A DNA stretch of 64,000 nucleotides from a virus: positions 32,001 to 96,000 of the IMG/VR virus record IMGVR_UViG_3300026097_000805; one strand, written 5' to 3'. This document shows positions 1 through 9,697 of the stretch, in pieces; the first letter of the stretch is position 1, and every line of letters starts with the position of its first letter. The notes under the pieces were generated by a model. The model was not told the origin of the DNA. It saw nothing but the letters and a program-made list of their open reading frames with translations, and did not search any database. The translations under genes and the position numbers were made by a program.

Positions 1-214
1 CTTCCTCTTGCCAACAGCGTGTACAGCCAGGATGCCGCTCACCGGCAATCATTGATTTTCTTACAGCAGACATTTTTTCGTTGTTAAAATTAAGATCAAT
101 GTCGCCTTCTAACTGTCCGAGATTGCCTTGAAAACGGCAACAGGGTTTTACTCTCCCAGAACCATCAATAAACTGATGATTCCAAATCATCGAACATAAG
201 GTATCTTTTGCCAT
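1..214 (-). CDS. Twitch/SPASM-domain radical SAM protein, N-terminal part (runs off window start)
   Basis: Not in ORF track. Manual translation MAKDTLCSMIWNHQFIDGSGRVKPCCRF...HPGCTRCWQEE has the same C..W/CC/CxxC N-terminal pattern as ORFs 2583 and 6649. Confidence 0.8.
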   Translation of the reverse strand, partial: MAKDTLCSMIWNHQFIDGSGRVKPCCRFQGNLGQLEGDIDLNFNNEKMSAVRKSMIAGERHPGCTRCWQEE

Positions 215-226
215 AAATATATTTAT
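213..226. promoter_or_regulatory. Back-to-back TAAATA late-type promoters forming a perfect 14-bp palindrome
   Basis: ATAAATATATTTAT lies between divergent genes: TAAATA on + at 214-219 and on - at 225-220. Confidence 0.6.
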
Positions 227-253
227 ATACGCACTTAATAATGAGATATCACA

Positions 254-1453
254 TTGAAACCTGTAGCAAGTTATTTTAAGCACAATCCAACCGGGGCATT
301 TAGTGTTGATTGGTACATAGGGAAACGCTGTAATTTCAGTTGTTCTTACTGTGTTGACTATCTGCATGACAATCATTCCCCTCATGTTCCCTATGAAAAC
401 ATGCGGGCCCTTGCTGACACTATCATAGACGCCCACGGCATAAATGTTTTTTGGAGCCTCACGGGCGGTGAACCCACTATCAATCCAGATTTCATGAAAC
501 TGTGTAAGTATATCAAACATGAGCGGGGCGCAAAACATGTTAGTCTAACCACCAACGGCAGCAGAACAGCAGCCTATCTCAAAGAGCTATATCAGTATTT
601 AGACGGTATAACACTTAGCTTTCACTTTGAACACATGAAACATCGTATTGATGAATTCATAGACAAATGTATTCAACTAGAAGATTGGCGCAGGCAGTGG
701 AATGCGGAGCAGGAAGCAAGCAACAACAAGTTTCCAGACTGGGACACAGGTTATATCAAAAAAACACTGATACTTAGATTCATGGTTTATCCAGGACAGT
801 TTGAAAATGTTGAACGCATGGAACAGGCATTTCGCGATCACGGCATCACTAACATAGAACACCGTTATATTCGTCCGCCAGGCGGCAACTCTAACGAATT
901 ATTGCCTGATAAGAAACTAGATTTTAAAACCAACAATGATACAGAATCAAAATACAAACTGTTGAGCAATGCTGACCAGACAGATATCAAAGCTATCGAA
1001 ACCAGAGAGAAAAAGTTTTATCGAGAAGGTGAACAAGAAAAAATCAAACAATTGTACGAAAACAAGATAACTCCAGACAAACGCAAATTAAAGTTTTGGT
1101 TCGACAACGACGGTGATCTAGTTGATCAAGATTTTCATTACAATGAACTAAATTTTGACAAGAAAAACAACTATGAAGGTTGGTTATGCTGGGCTGGGGT
1201 AAAACATTTGAAAGTGACACCCACAGGAGATATCTATATAGGAAGTTGTCATGTGGGAGGCAAGCGTGGTAATATATATGATAGCGGCAGCATTGATTTG
1301 CCAACTGAACCGATTCGTTGCCCTAAATGGCGCTGTACTGATAACCTAGATCTCAAAGTACCAAAGATTCGAGATTGGGAATATTACCATCTAGTTAAAG
1401 ACATGATAGAGTGGAAAGATTCTACGGATTCAATAGATATTGACAAACTATAA
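254..1453 (+). CDS. Radical SAM protein with C-terminal SPASM/twitch-like Cys region
   Basis: CNFSCSYC (CxxxCxxC), TGGEPT, TTNG, C-terminal WLCWAG...SCH...CPKWRC; TTG start. Confidence 0.9.
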   Translation: MKPVASYFKHNPTGAFSVDWYIGKRCNFSCSYCVDYLHDNHSPHVPYENMRALADTIIDAHGINVFWSLTGGEPTINPDFMKLCKYIKHERGAKHVSLTTNGSRTAAYLKELYQYLDGITLSFHFEHMKHRIDEFIDKCIQLEDWRRQWNAEQEASNNKFPDWDTGYIKKTLILRFMVYPGQFENVERMEQAFRDHGITNIEHRYIRPPGGNSNELLPDKKLDFKTNNDTESKYKLLSNADQTDIKAIETREKKFYREGEQEKIKQLYENKITPDKRKLKFWFDNDGDLVDQDFHYNELNFDKKNNYEGWLCWAGVKHLKVTPTGDIYIGSCHVGGKRGNIYDSGSIDLPTEPIRCPKWRCTDNLDLKVPKIRDWEYYHLVKDMIEWKDSTDSIDIDKL

Positions 1454-1468
1454 AGAATATGTTATATT
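1440..1468 (+). promoter_or_regulatory. sigma70-type promoter; transcript probably leaderless
   Basis: TTGACA(1440-1445)-17 nt-TATATT(1463-1468); ATG at 1475 follows 6 nt later with no SD. Confidence 0.75.
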
Positions 1469-1474
1469 AATAGT

Positions 1475-2590
1475 ATGAATGAAAATTTAAAATGGTCCAA
1501 CTATGACTTCACTAAAATACCACTTGATGACATTGTCAGTGTTGGTCAACGCACTTTGCTTTATCGTGATCTTTTTACTGTATCGTGGTTGCTTGGAAGA
1601 TTCTGTAATTACAGATGCTCCTACTGTTGGCCATATGCCCGTTCCGACCGTAAAGACCATAGACCTACCGAGCTCTGCTTGCGCACAGTGGATGAAATTA
1701 AACGTCAAGCCAGACTCAACGGCTTCAATTCTTTCCACTTCTCCCTGTCAGGAGGAGAACCTACTTTCCATCCTGGCTACTTCGACATTTTAAAACATCT
1801 AGCTCAAGATATCGAAAACACAAACTACACCAGTATTCACATGACTTCTAACTGTAGTCGTAAAATGAAATGGTTTGAAGAGTATGTAGAGATAGCAAAG
1901 TCCTTTCACAGAGCTAGTATTACAGCAAGTCTACATACCGAACATGTAGACAACAAAGAAAAAATGCAGGAGTTTGCGGATAAACTTATTCTCTGTCAGG
2001 AAAATGATGTACAAATTACTATTAACATGGTCATGGTCCCAGAATGGTTTGATCGAGATTGGGAAAACGCTCTTTTCTTCCACGAGCAAGGAATAAACGT
2101 CACCCTTAAACCACAGAGCGATCCTACAGCGTCCAGAGTCGTAGAGGGCTACACAGAAGAACAGCTACAAACACTCTACAACGGAATGCCACAGCGAGGA
2201 TATACTGACGTAAAACGCAAGTGGGCAAATAGACCCAAACCAAACTTTCAAATACCCAAAGGAATAATGGGAAAAAATGATGCTAGTGTTCCGTGGAACA
2301 TGCAGGTTGAGCTTGAAGACTCTCAAGGAGAAAAATGGTATATGGATCAAGCAGAACGATTCAATGCCTTTAATTTTAACAAGTTTACTGACTGGAGTTG
2401 TAATGCTGGATATCAAGGCATAATTATAAGAGAGCCTGACGGAAATATCAAAAGGTCCTATAGCTGTCACGACGAACCCTTGGGTCATATTGAGACTGGA
2501 TTTACTTTGTTTAAAGAACCCAAGAAATGTATAACACCTAGTTGTGTAAGCAGTGCCGATAGCAAAATACCAAAGAGAAAATATGGGTAA
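1475..2590 (+). CDS. Radical SAM protein (paralog of 254..1453)
   Basis: CNYRCSYC, SGGEPT, WSCNAG...SCH...CITPSC. Confidence 0.9.
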   Translation: MNENLKWSNYDFTKIPLDDIVSVGQRTLLYRDLFTVSWLLGRFCNYRCSYCWPYARSDRKDHRPTELCLRTVDEIKRQARLNGFNSFHFSLSGGEPTFHPGYFDILKHLAQDIENTNYTSIHMTSNCSRKMKWFEEYVEIAKSFHRASITASLHTEHVDNKEKMQEFADKLILCQENDVQITINMVMVPEWFDRDWENALFFHEQGINVTLKPQSDPTASRVVEGYTEEQLQTLYNGMPQRGYTDVKRKWANRPKPNFQIPKGIMGKNDASVPWNMQVELEDSQGEKWYMDQAERFNAFNFNKFTDWSCNAGYQGIIIREPDGNIKRSYSCHDEPLGHIETGFTLFKEPKKCITPSCVSSADSKIPKRKYG

Positions 2591-3776
2591 AGCAAAAATA
2601 ACCAGCAAAAATAAAGATACTATTTGTACATTTCCGTGGGAGATGTATAGCATAGACACGGGCTTTGGGTGGTATCGTTCCTGTCCTAGAATACCCTATC
2701 AAAAACTAGAAGACTTGGACTTTCACAATCATGGTAAAATTGTTGATTTAAGACAAGGGTTGCGAGACGGTGTAAAACACGACCTTTGTAAAGATTGCTG
2801 GTATGCCGAAGACAACGGCGCAAAGAGCTACAAACAAGTTTTAAAAACTAATTACGCCTACAAAAACAGCGATCAAGATTATGTCGCACATCCTAGAATA
2901 TTAGAAGTAAAGTTTAGCAATCTTTGTAATTTAAGATGTATTTTTTGTAGCAGTAAATGTAGCAGTCTATGGGAAGATGAACAGCCTATTACCGAGGATA
3001 TGTTAGGTTCTAAAAAAGGTGCTGAAGTTAATACAGCCCTATTAAAGTACATTAACGAAAACTATAAAAATCTTGAGATGTTTCAGTTGTTTGGCGGCGA
3101 ACCAGTACTACACAAAGAGTTCAACGATATATTTGACATTATTCTTAAAAAGCCAGAAAGTGACGGGCAAAAAGAAATTAGTTTCAGTACCAATCTATAT
3201 TACAACGACACATACAGGAAAAAATTCGAAGATAACATAAAAGGTTGCCTAGATAAAGGTCATAAGATCTATATGCGAATGAGCATAGACGGTGTATACA
3301 ATCAAGGAAAATATCTAAGACAAGGAATTGACTGGAGCGTATTTGAAAAGAATCTAGACAGTTTCATGGACAAGTTCCACGACTGGCCCAACTTTGGTAG
3401 GCTTAGATGTAATATTGCTTTAAATGCCACAAACATAATGTACTTAGATACAATCATGCACTATCTCAATGATAGAGGTTTAGATAATGTAGAACCGCAT
3501 TATAATTATGTTAGTAATCCTAAATACTTTTATGTTCAAACATATGGCACTCGTTTACAACAAGCTATAGATATTATCAAATCCCAAGACTATAGAATCT
3601 ATGACAAATATAAAACTCATGTATTGGATCTACTAGGTAGCATGGTTCATTTAGAACCACAGACTGATGTAATTGAGCAAGGAAAAGACTGGCTAAATAC
3701 ATATGATATTAAAACCAATCAGAACTTTTTAGAAGTTTTTCCACTTAATAGGTATATGTTTGATGATAGATTGTAG
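2583..3776 (+). CDS. Twitch-domain radical SAM protein
   Basis: N-terminal CTFPW...CKDC, then CNLRCIFCSSKCSSLW and FGGEP. Start moved from 2553 to ATG 2583, which overlaps the upstream stop. Confidence 0.9.
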   Translation: MGKAKITSKNKDTICTFPWEMYSIDTGFGWYRSCPRIPYQKLEDLDFHNHGKIVDLRQGLRDGVKHDLCKDCWYAEDNGAKSYKQVLKTNYAYKNSDQDYVAHPRILEVKFSNLCNLRCIFCSSKCSSLWEDEQPITEDMLGSKKGAEVNTALLKYINENYKNLEMFQLFGGEPVLHKEFNDIFDIILKKPESDGQKEISFSTNLYYNDTYRKKFEDNIKGCLDKGHKIYMRMSIDGVYNQGKYLRQGIDWSVFEKNLDSFMDKFHDWPNFGRLRCNIALNATNIMYLDTIMHYLNDRGLDNVEPHYNYVSNPKYFYVQTYGTRLQQAIDIIKSQDYRIYDKYKTHVLDLLGSMVHLEPQTDVIEQGKDWLNTYDIKTNQNFLEVFPLNRYMFDDRL

Positions 3777-5205
3777 TCTAGTAGCAATTCCTCCCCTTGT
3801 TCTAAATGGACCTCCTATTGGAATTGCCTTACTCAAAGCACTTGCTGAAGAAAATGGCTATAAGTGCCAATGCTTTAATCCGAGTATTGACGTCTGGGAA
3901 AAACTAGAAAAGAATGAGAAAAGAACTTGGCCATATACACGCTTTACAAAAGAGTTTGAAGAAAAATACGATGTAGATGCTTGGGTAGCAGAGATAGTTG
4001 ATAACGCTTTGGCTCCTAATCCAAAATTCATAGGACTGTCATCGCATACCTGGAGCAGTGAATATTTTTTATTGAAAATTTCAAAACGATTCAAAGAAGT
4101 TCGTCCTGACCTAAAACTAGTATTAGGCGGTGCCGCAGCCATGGAACTTTTTGATACTGTGAGAAAACACAATGATATAGATTATATTGTGGTAGGCGAT
4201 GGCGAAAAAGCATTTTTAAATTGTTTGGAAGGCAAATTTGATTTTGAAGGACTTAACACAAAGGTTTCTCATTCTCTAAGTCCGGAAGAATTTAATAATT
4301 TACCATATCCAGATTTTAGTGATTTAAGGGTAGATTGGCACAAAGCAAAAAACCCTAAAGAAAACAGAATATATCTCATAGGCAGCAGAGGTTGTGTGTA
4401 TAACTGTAGTTTTTGTAATGTGCCTACAATGATGAAATATCGTTTCAAAGACGGAGCAAAATTTGCTCATGAAATACGCCACATGCAGAATCTATACACG
4501 CCTACCAATATTGAATTTGGCGACAGCTTAATTAATGGAAGTCTTAGAGAATATAAAAAACTTATATATACGCTAGCAGAATTAAACAAACAAGATCCTG
4601 TTAACAAACCAAAGATAGTCAGTTTCTATAGAATTAGACCAGAAGCACAAAGTCCTGAAGAAGACTTCAAAGCCGCAGCTGAAGCAGGATTTTACAGATT
4701 TAAAATAGGTGTGGAAAGCGGAAGCGATCAAGTTAGAAGTCACATAGGTAAACAAGAAACCAACGAGGACATAGAATACACCCTTAGAATGATGAAGAAG
4801 TATGGCATCAACGCTAACTTATTAATTATTGTTGGATACCCTACCGAAACAGAAAAAGATTTCCAAGAAACACTCGACATGCTTCAGATGATGGTGGATA
4901 CAGGGTTAGACAGTGTTGTTGACAGAGCAGTTGTAAACGAACTATATATCAGCACTGGTACACGCATAAGTGAGCAGATAGATGAGTTGGGCATTAGAGA
5001 TGCCTATGGCAGCGCAGAAGAAAAAATGAGTAGACCGTGGAGTGTGACTCTGCCTAACGGTGAAATCATTGACGAGGAAGTGCGAGAACGCAGACTACAC
5101 ACTGTGCTAGACTTTATTGAAAACAAGTTTCAAAATGCGCAAAACCTCATGGTTTTTAGCGGCAAGGAGGACAGCAGCCGCAACAGGGAAGGTGACAAGA
5201 CCTAA
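3760..5205 (+). CDS. Cobalamin(B12)-binding radical SAM protein (class B methyltransferase-like)
   Basis: N-terminal PPIGIALL, IGLSS, LVLGGAAA, VVGDGE B12-domain pattern; SRGCVYNCSFC; IGVESGS; IVGYPTET. Confidence 0.88.
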   Translation: MMIDCSLVAIPPLVLNGPPIGIALLKALAEENGYKCQCFNPSIDVWEKLEKNEKRTWPYTRFTKEFEEKYDVDAWVAEIVDNALAPNPKFIGLSSHTWSSEYFLLKISKRFKEVRPDLKLVLGGAAAMELFDTVRKHNDIDYIVVGDGEKAFLNCLEGKFDFEGLNTKVSHSLSPEEFNNLPYPDFSDLRVDWHKAKNPKENRIYLIGSRGCVYNCSFCNVPTMMKYRFKDGAKFAHEIRHMQNLYTPTNIEFGDSLINGSLREYKKLIYTLAELNKQDPVNKPKIVSFYRIRPEAQSPEEDFKAAAEAGFYRFKIGVESGSDQVRSHIGKQETNEDIEYTLRMMKKYGINANLLIIVGYPTETEKDFQETLDMLQMMVDTGLDSVVDRAVVNELYISTGTRISEQIDELGIRDAYGSAEEKMSRPWSVTLPNGEIIDEEVRERRLHTVLDFIENKFQNAQNLMVFSGKEDSSRNREGDKT

Positions 5206-6107
5206 TGTGGCCTTACAGCGCAGATCAAGTTGAAAAACTACATCTTGAAACTGGCACCTTTTGTAATCTAGAGTGTCCAGGTTGTCTTCGCACATTTGAT
5301 AACACCGCACAATCGCACCTAAATACTAATTTTCTTACATACAAAAAAGTATCCACATGGTTTCAACCCAATGTATTACCGTCAGTAAACAAAGTAATAT
5401 ATAGCGGGCAGATTGATGAGCCTGCTGCTAATCCAGAAATAAAAGAAATCACAGAATATTTTCTTGACAATTGGAGCCTTAAAGTTCTAATCATGCAGAG
5501 TCACGGAAGCATACGAACCGAAAACTTTTGGACCGAACTAGGCAATCTTAGTAGAGAGTCAGGTCATATTTTTAGAGTAGAATTTAGCATAGACGGATTG
5601 GAAGACTCAAATCATATCTACAGACAAGGCAGTAATTGGCACAGAATTATAAACAATGTTAACGCATACATACAAGCAGGCGGCTATGCCAGCTGGAAGT
5701 TTATTAAATTCAAACACAATGAACATCAAGTGGATCAAGCACTAGAACTTAGTAAGAAGCTAGGCTTTAAACAGTTTGTGACCGTTGACAGTGCTAGGCC
5801 TTCTAGCAAGGAAATAAATACACCTTTTGATTTTAAATCCAACGACAGTGTTAAATGTAGAGCATTTGACGACAAATGGTTGTATGTTCACTATGATGGT
5901 GTTTTACAGCCTTGTTGCTACTTTGGATATGACGAACGCAGTGACGATCCAGAAGATAATTTAAACCACAACACCATAGATAATTATTTTAGTAATAGTA
6001 AATTTTTACATGATCTACAAGATGGTTGGGATACTCCTAGCTGTAATCCAAGATGCTATACCAAATGTAAATTAAATTTACGAGATAACAGGACGGTATA
6101 CGAATGA
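5205..6107 (+). CDS. Radical SAM protein with C-terminal SPASM/twitch region
   Basis: CNLECPGC, FSIDG, C-terminal VKC...PCC...CNPRCYTKC. Confidence 0.88.
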   Translation: MWPYSADQVEKLHLETGTFCNLECPGCLRTFDNTAQSHLNTNFLTYKKVSTWFQPNVLPSVNKVIYSGQIDEPAANPEIKEITEYFLDNWSLKVLIMQSHGSIRTENFWTELGNLSRESGHIFRVEFSIDGLEDSNHIYRQGSNWHRIINNVNAYIQAGGYASWKFIKFKHNEHQVDQALELSKKLGFKQFVTVDSARPSSKEINTPFDFKSNDSVKCRAFDDKWLYVHYDGVLQPCCYFGYDERSDDPEDNLNHNTIDNYFSNSKFLHDLQDGWDTPSCNPRCYTKCKLNLRDNRTVYE

Positions 6108-6649
6108 TAGAAATCTATGACAACTTTTTGGATGAAAAAGTCTTTAAACAAGTTCAACAAGAAGTTCTTGGTTTGAGCTATGAGCCTATACAACACGGCG
6201 ACGATGTAGCATATAAACTAGACAGCGGTACAATTTATAAAACCAAACACAAACAGTGGTCAGATAACCCAACAGCACTACAGGTGTTTTTTGATGCTAT
6301 GGCACAACAAGATTTTCTTCCATCTGATGTATTTTCTATTATGGTTCATGTTTACGAACCAGGAGCAGAAATCAGTTGGCACAGAGATTATGCCTCACTT
6401 GCTTCATATTCTTTTTATATACACGACGAATGGCGCAGTGAGTGGGGAGGACAGTTAATGGTCACAGATTCTTCAGACCGCCACGGAAATAACGGCAATG
6501 TTTTTGACCACAGGCAAGATGTTATGACACCCGGTGTAGGACAATACTATGAACCTATTCCTAATAGACTTGTGATTATAAAAGACTGTCTACACAAAGT
6601 AAACCGTTGTAATCACAGACGCACTAGCCTTACAGGATTTTTCAAATAA
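6104..6649 (+). CDS. 2OG-Fe(II) oxygenase (prolyl-hydroxylase-like)
   Basis: HRD...W..EWGG.L...PNRLV...LHKV...R.SLTGF: HxD...H facial triad plus the conserved Arg. Confidence 0.85.
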   Translation: MIEIYDNFLDEKVFKQVQQEVLGLSYEPIQHGDDVAYKLDSGTIYKTKHKQWSDNPTALQVFFDAMAQQDFLPSDVFSIMVHVYEPGAEISWHRDYASLASYSFYIHDEWRSEWGGQLMVTDSSDRHGNNGNVFDHRQDVMTPGVGQYYEPIPNRLVIIKDCLHKVNRCNHRRTSLTGFFK

Positions 6650-7689
6650 TGGCTTACTGCATGGCACCTTTCAGAAATGTCTACATCAACAACGGCAAAG
6701 CACGGCCCTGCTGTTGGTATGAACGCAGAGAACTCACTAACAAAGTAGACAATCTTATTGAAGTTGTTGATGTATTCAACAGCAATGAATTTGATGCGAT
6801 AAGAAACAACCCCAGCAATAAACCCAGCGGATGTTGGAAGTGTCAGATGCATGAAGACAATGGCGGCGTTAGTCATAGGATGCTATGGAATAAGCGCGAA
6901 AAGGATAACGGAGATGTCAAGCTGACTGATTTAGATATCTACATGGGCAATCTTTGTAATCTTGCTTGTGTGACCTGTAGCAGTCACAACAGTTCTAAAT
7001 GGATCGCTGAAGAAAAACAAATTTATGGATCCAGCTTCAAAGACAAGCAAGACGACATAGACATCAATCTCAACTGGGAGTTGGTAAAGGATTTAAAACG
7101 AATCAAACTAGCTGGAGGGGAAGTCACACTCATGCCCCATCACGAACCATTTTTACAACAGTTGATTGACTTTGATGTGGCAAAAAATATCACCCTAGTT
7201 TATATTGTCAACAGCACACAAGATCCTAGAAAGTTTGAAAATTTGTGGAGCAAATTTAAAAACATAGAATTTATAGTAAGCCTAGACGGTGTTGGCGAGC
7301 TCAGTGACTATATTAGATATCACAGTGATTGGAATACCGTAAGCACAAATATTATTCGCGCCACAGAAATGGGCATTCAAATCAGTGCCAACAGTGTGGT
7401 TAACATTTTGAATGTATACCATTTGCCCGAAATACTGGAGTGGTGGAAACACAAAGGCAGTGTGCTATGGCGCATTTTAGATTATCCGCAACCATTGAGC
7501 ATTGTCAATCTCAAGCCCGAACACAAGGATCTTGTGGCAGAGAGATTGAAAGACTATGATGAGCTTGCGCATGTGATAGAACACATGTACAAAGAACAAG
7601 GCGACTGGAATAGCTTTGTAGATTGGATCACTCCTATAGATAACAACAGAAAGTATAACTGGCAACAGTTTAATCCACAATATGTCTGA
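6649..7689 (+). CDS. Twitch-domain radical SAM protein
   Basis: YCMAPF...PCC...CWKC, then CNLACVTCSSHNSSKW and AGGE. Confidence 0.9.
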   Translation: MAYCMAPFRNVYINNGKARPCCWYERRELTNKVDNLIEVVDVFNSNEFDAIRNNPSNKPSGCWKCQMHEDNGGVSHRMLWNKREKDNGDVKLTDLDIYMGNLCNLACVTCSSHNSSKWIAEEKQIYGSSFKDKQDDIDINLNWELVKDLKRIKLAGGEVTLMPHHEPFLQQLIDFDVAKNITLVYIVNSTQDPRKFENLWSKFKNIEFIVSLDGVGELSDYIRYHSDWNTVSTNIIRATEMGIQISANSVVNILNVYHLPEILEWWKHKGSVLWRILDYPQPLSIVNLKPEHKDLVAERLKDYDELAHVIEHMYKEQGDWNSFVDWITPIDNNRKYNWQQFNPQYV

Positions 7690-8344
7690 ACCACAAGTAA
7701 TAGATTTATTCGACAGCGAAGAGATTACCTATCTAGCAGAAGTTAGGCACAAGTATCCGCTGAAAGAAAAAATGAGCGGGACTCGCAACTGGCAATGGAA
7801 ATCGCATGACGAAGTCTGTCATTTCCTATTAGAAAAACTTGATCCATACATAGGCAAGTGCTTTAGACATGGTGGGAACTATTTTGAAACACCCAATCCC
7901 TTTCATCCGCACACAGACACTACCAAACAATCAGAGTTTCCAAATAGCCAACCATATAAGAATGTTGTAATACCTCTAACAGAAAACCCAAATATATACA
8001 CAGTGATTTTTGAACAAAGATGGACAGGACCAGCCAGTCATTTTTGGCAGGGCAGTCTGTTCGGATATCTTCCAGATCCGCTGTACAATGAAAGGAAAAC
8101 AGATCTAATTGGTGTAGAAAATGTATGCGATGAACCTTTTCCTGTAGAAGATTATATGAAGTATCTTACTCACCTACCATATGAAAGTTTACAAGGGTTC
8201 AGCATACTGGGAGCATACCCTTGGAAAATAGGGCAAGCATTGATATTTGATTGCCAAAACATACATTGCGGAAGCAACTTTAGACACCACGGAATAAACA
8301 ATAAACTAGGACTTAGTCTTTTTACTAGCAGATATGTGGAATAA
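7682..8344 (+). CDS. Putative 2OG-Fe(II) oxygenase
   Basis: FHPHTD...WKIGQALIFDCQNIH: HxD...H in a beta-helix-type context. Confidence 0.65.
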   Translation: MSEPQVIDLFDSEEITYLAEVRHKYPLKEKMSGTRNWQWKSHDEVCHFLLEKLDPYIGKCFRHGGNYFETPNPFHPHTDTTKQSEFPNSQPYKNVVIPLTENPNIYTVIFEQRWTGPASHFWQGSLFGYLPDPLYNERKTDLIGVENVCDEPFPVEDYMKYLTHLPYESLQGFSILGAYPWKIGQALIFDCQNIHCGSNFRHHGINNKLGLSLFTSRYVE

Positions 8345-8861
8345 ATTTCAAACAACACACCCAGGTGTAGGCACACTAGTAGATGTCTACATCGACGAGG
8401 ATCAGCAATACATCAAACGAATATTTGATGCTGACTCAATTACCTGCGACGGTAAGCCCAATCGTTTTAACCAATCTCAGGTTAAAGAATTTTTTGAATG
8501 GGAGTGCTATTGGCTAAACATGTTTAAACACAGTGAATGGGTGCCAGAGTTAATTGAAATAGGCGAAAACTATACCATTCAAAAATATTATAGATCATGT
8601 GTGTTAGATGACCTACATGTAAATATGCCAGACATCACAGATCAAATTGTAGAAATGTACAAGTTCTTTAAAACACAAAAAGTATTTAAACGCAACGGCA
8701 GTTTAAGCAATCTTACCCTTAACGGAGATAAGTTGATTGCGTTTGATTTTAAATGGGCAAGGCCCCGACCAGTGGGTATTAACATGGAACTTAAAAGTTA
8801 TTCACAATGGCTCAACAAGGCTGATCCCACTGTTGAACAGAAATTGTTGGATCTACTATGA
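8334..8861 (+). CDS. Protein-kinase-like fold small protein
   Basis: KRIF, E-helix (EFFEWE), VPELI, KRNGSLSN loop, AFDF metal-binding motif. Confidence 0.55.
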   Translation: MWNKFQTTHPGVGTLVDVYIDEDQQYIKRIFDADSITCDGKPNRFNQSQVKEFFEWECYWLNMFKHSEWVPELIEIGENYTIQKYYRSCVLDDLHVNMPDITDQIVEMYKFFKTQKVFKRNGSLSNLTLNGDKLIAFDFKWARPRPVGINMELKSYSQWLNKADPTVEQKLLDLL

Positions 8862-9697
8862 TAACATACAGAGCAATAGCAGTAAATGATCCAGAAGTCA
8901 AACTAACTATAGAGTCTGTTGATCTACACAATTTCATATATAGTAAGCCGGATCTAGGCGCATTTGTAGAACAATATAGATCATGGTTAGATGAACCGCT
9001 CAATGACTGGCAGGCTTTTGTCACAGACGGAGTCACAGGTGCTTATGATAACTTTGAAAGAGAATATCCCCATCTTCAAACAGTGACATTCAAAGGCGAG
9101 TATCCATATCATCGCAGTTTAGGTGCTGAATGCGTTAACCTAGAACAACTACAAAAAGGCATGAAGTTGGTCATAAGCGATCCATGGGCGGCCACAGGAT
9201 CAAGGCATGAACAGCTCGCAGATATATATCGTGTGTGTAATCAAAAACAAATACCTGTTTTCCTAGATAGGGCATTTTATGGAGCAGCTACCACTGAATT
9301 GTACATAGACGAATGTGTCACGCACATTGCCTACAGTTTCAGCAAAGCATTTTACACAGGGCGTGTAAAAACAGGCATATGCTTTACCAAACAACACACA
9401 GTATCTCCTATGCGGGTATTGAATGAATATGCTTATGTAAACAGTGTTGGGCTAGGACTTCACAAGGTGTTAATGGAAAAGTTTCACAAGTTTTACATAC
9501 ACAATACCTATCGAGATGCGCAATTGGATTATTGTAAAAAGTTGGATATTACGGCCAGTGACACTGTGTTTCTAGGATATACATTTGATGGCAAATACAA
9601 AGGCTTCAATAGAGAAGGCACAGCCAACAGAATATGTTTCAGTAATATATTCAACACAGATATAGATATAACAGCAGTGCCTTGGGAAACAAAATGA
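8858..9697 (+). CDS. PLP-dependent enzyme (aminotransferase fold type I-like)
   Basis: VFLDRAFY (D-x-A-Y-like) and YSFSKAF..GRV (PLP lysine motif). Confidence 0.7.
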   Translation: MITYRAIAVNDPEVKLTIESVDLHNFIYSKPDLGAFVEQYRSWLDEPLNDWQAFVTDGVTGAYDNFEREYPHLQTVTFKGEYPYHRSLGAECVNLEQLQKGMKLVISDPWAATGSRHEQLADIYRVCNQKQIPVFLDRAFYGAATTELYIDECVTHIAYSFSKAFYTGRVKTGICFTKQHTVSPMRVLNEYAYVNSVGLGLHKVLMEKFHKFYIHNTYRDAQLDYCKKLDITASDTVFLGYTFDGKYKGFNREGTANRICFSNIFNTDIDITAVPWETK

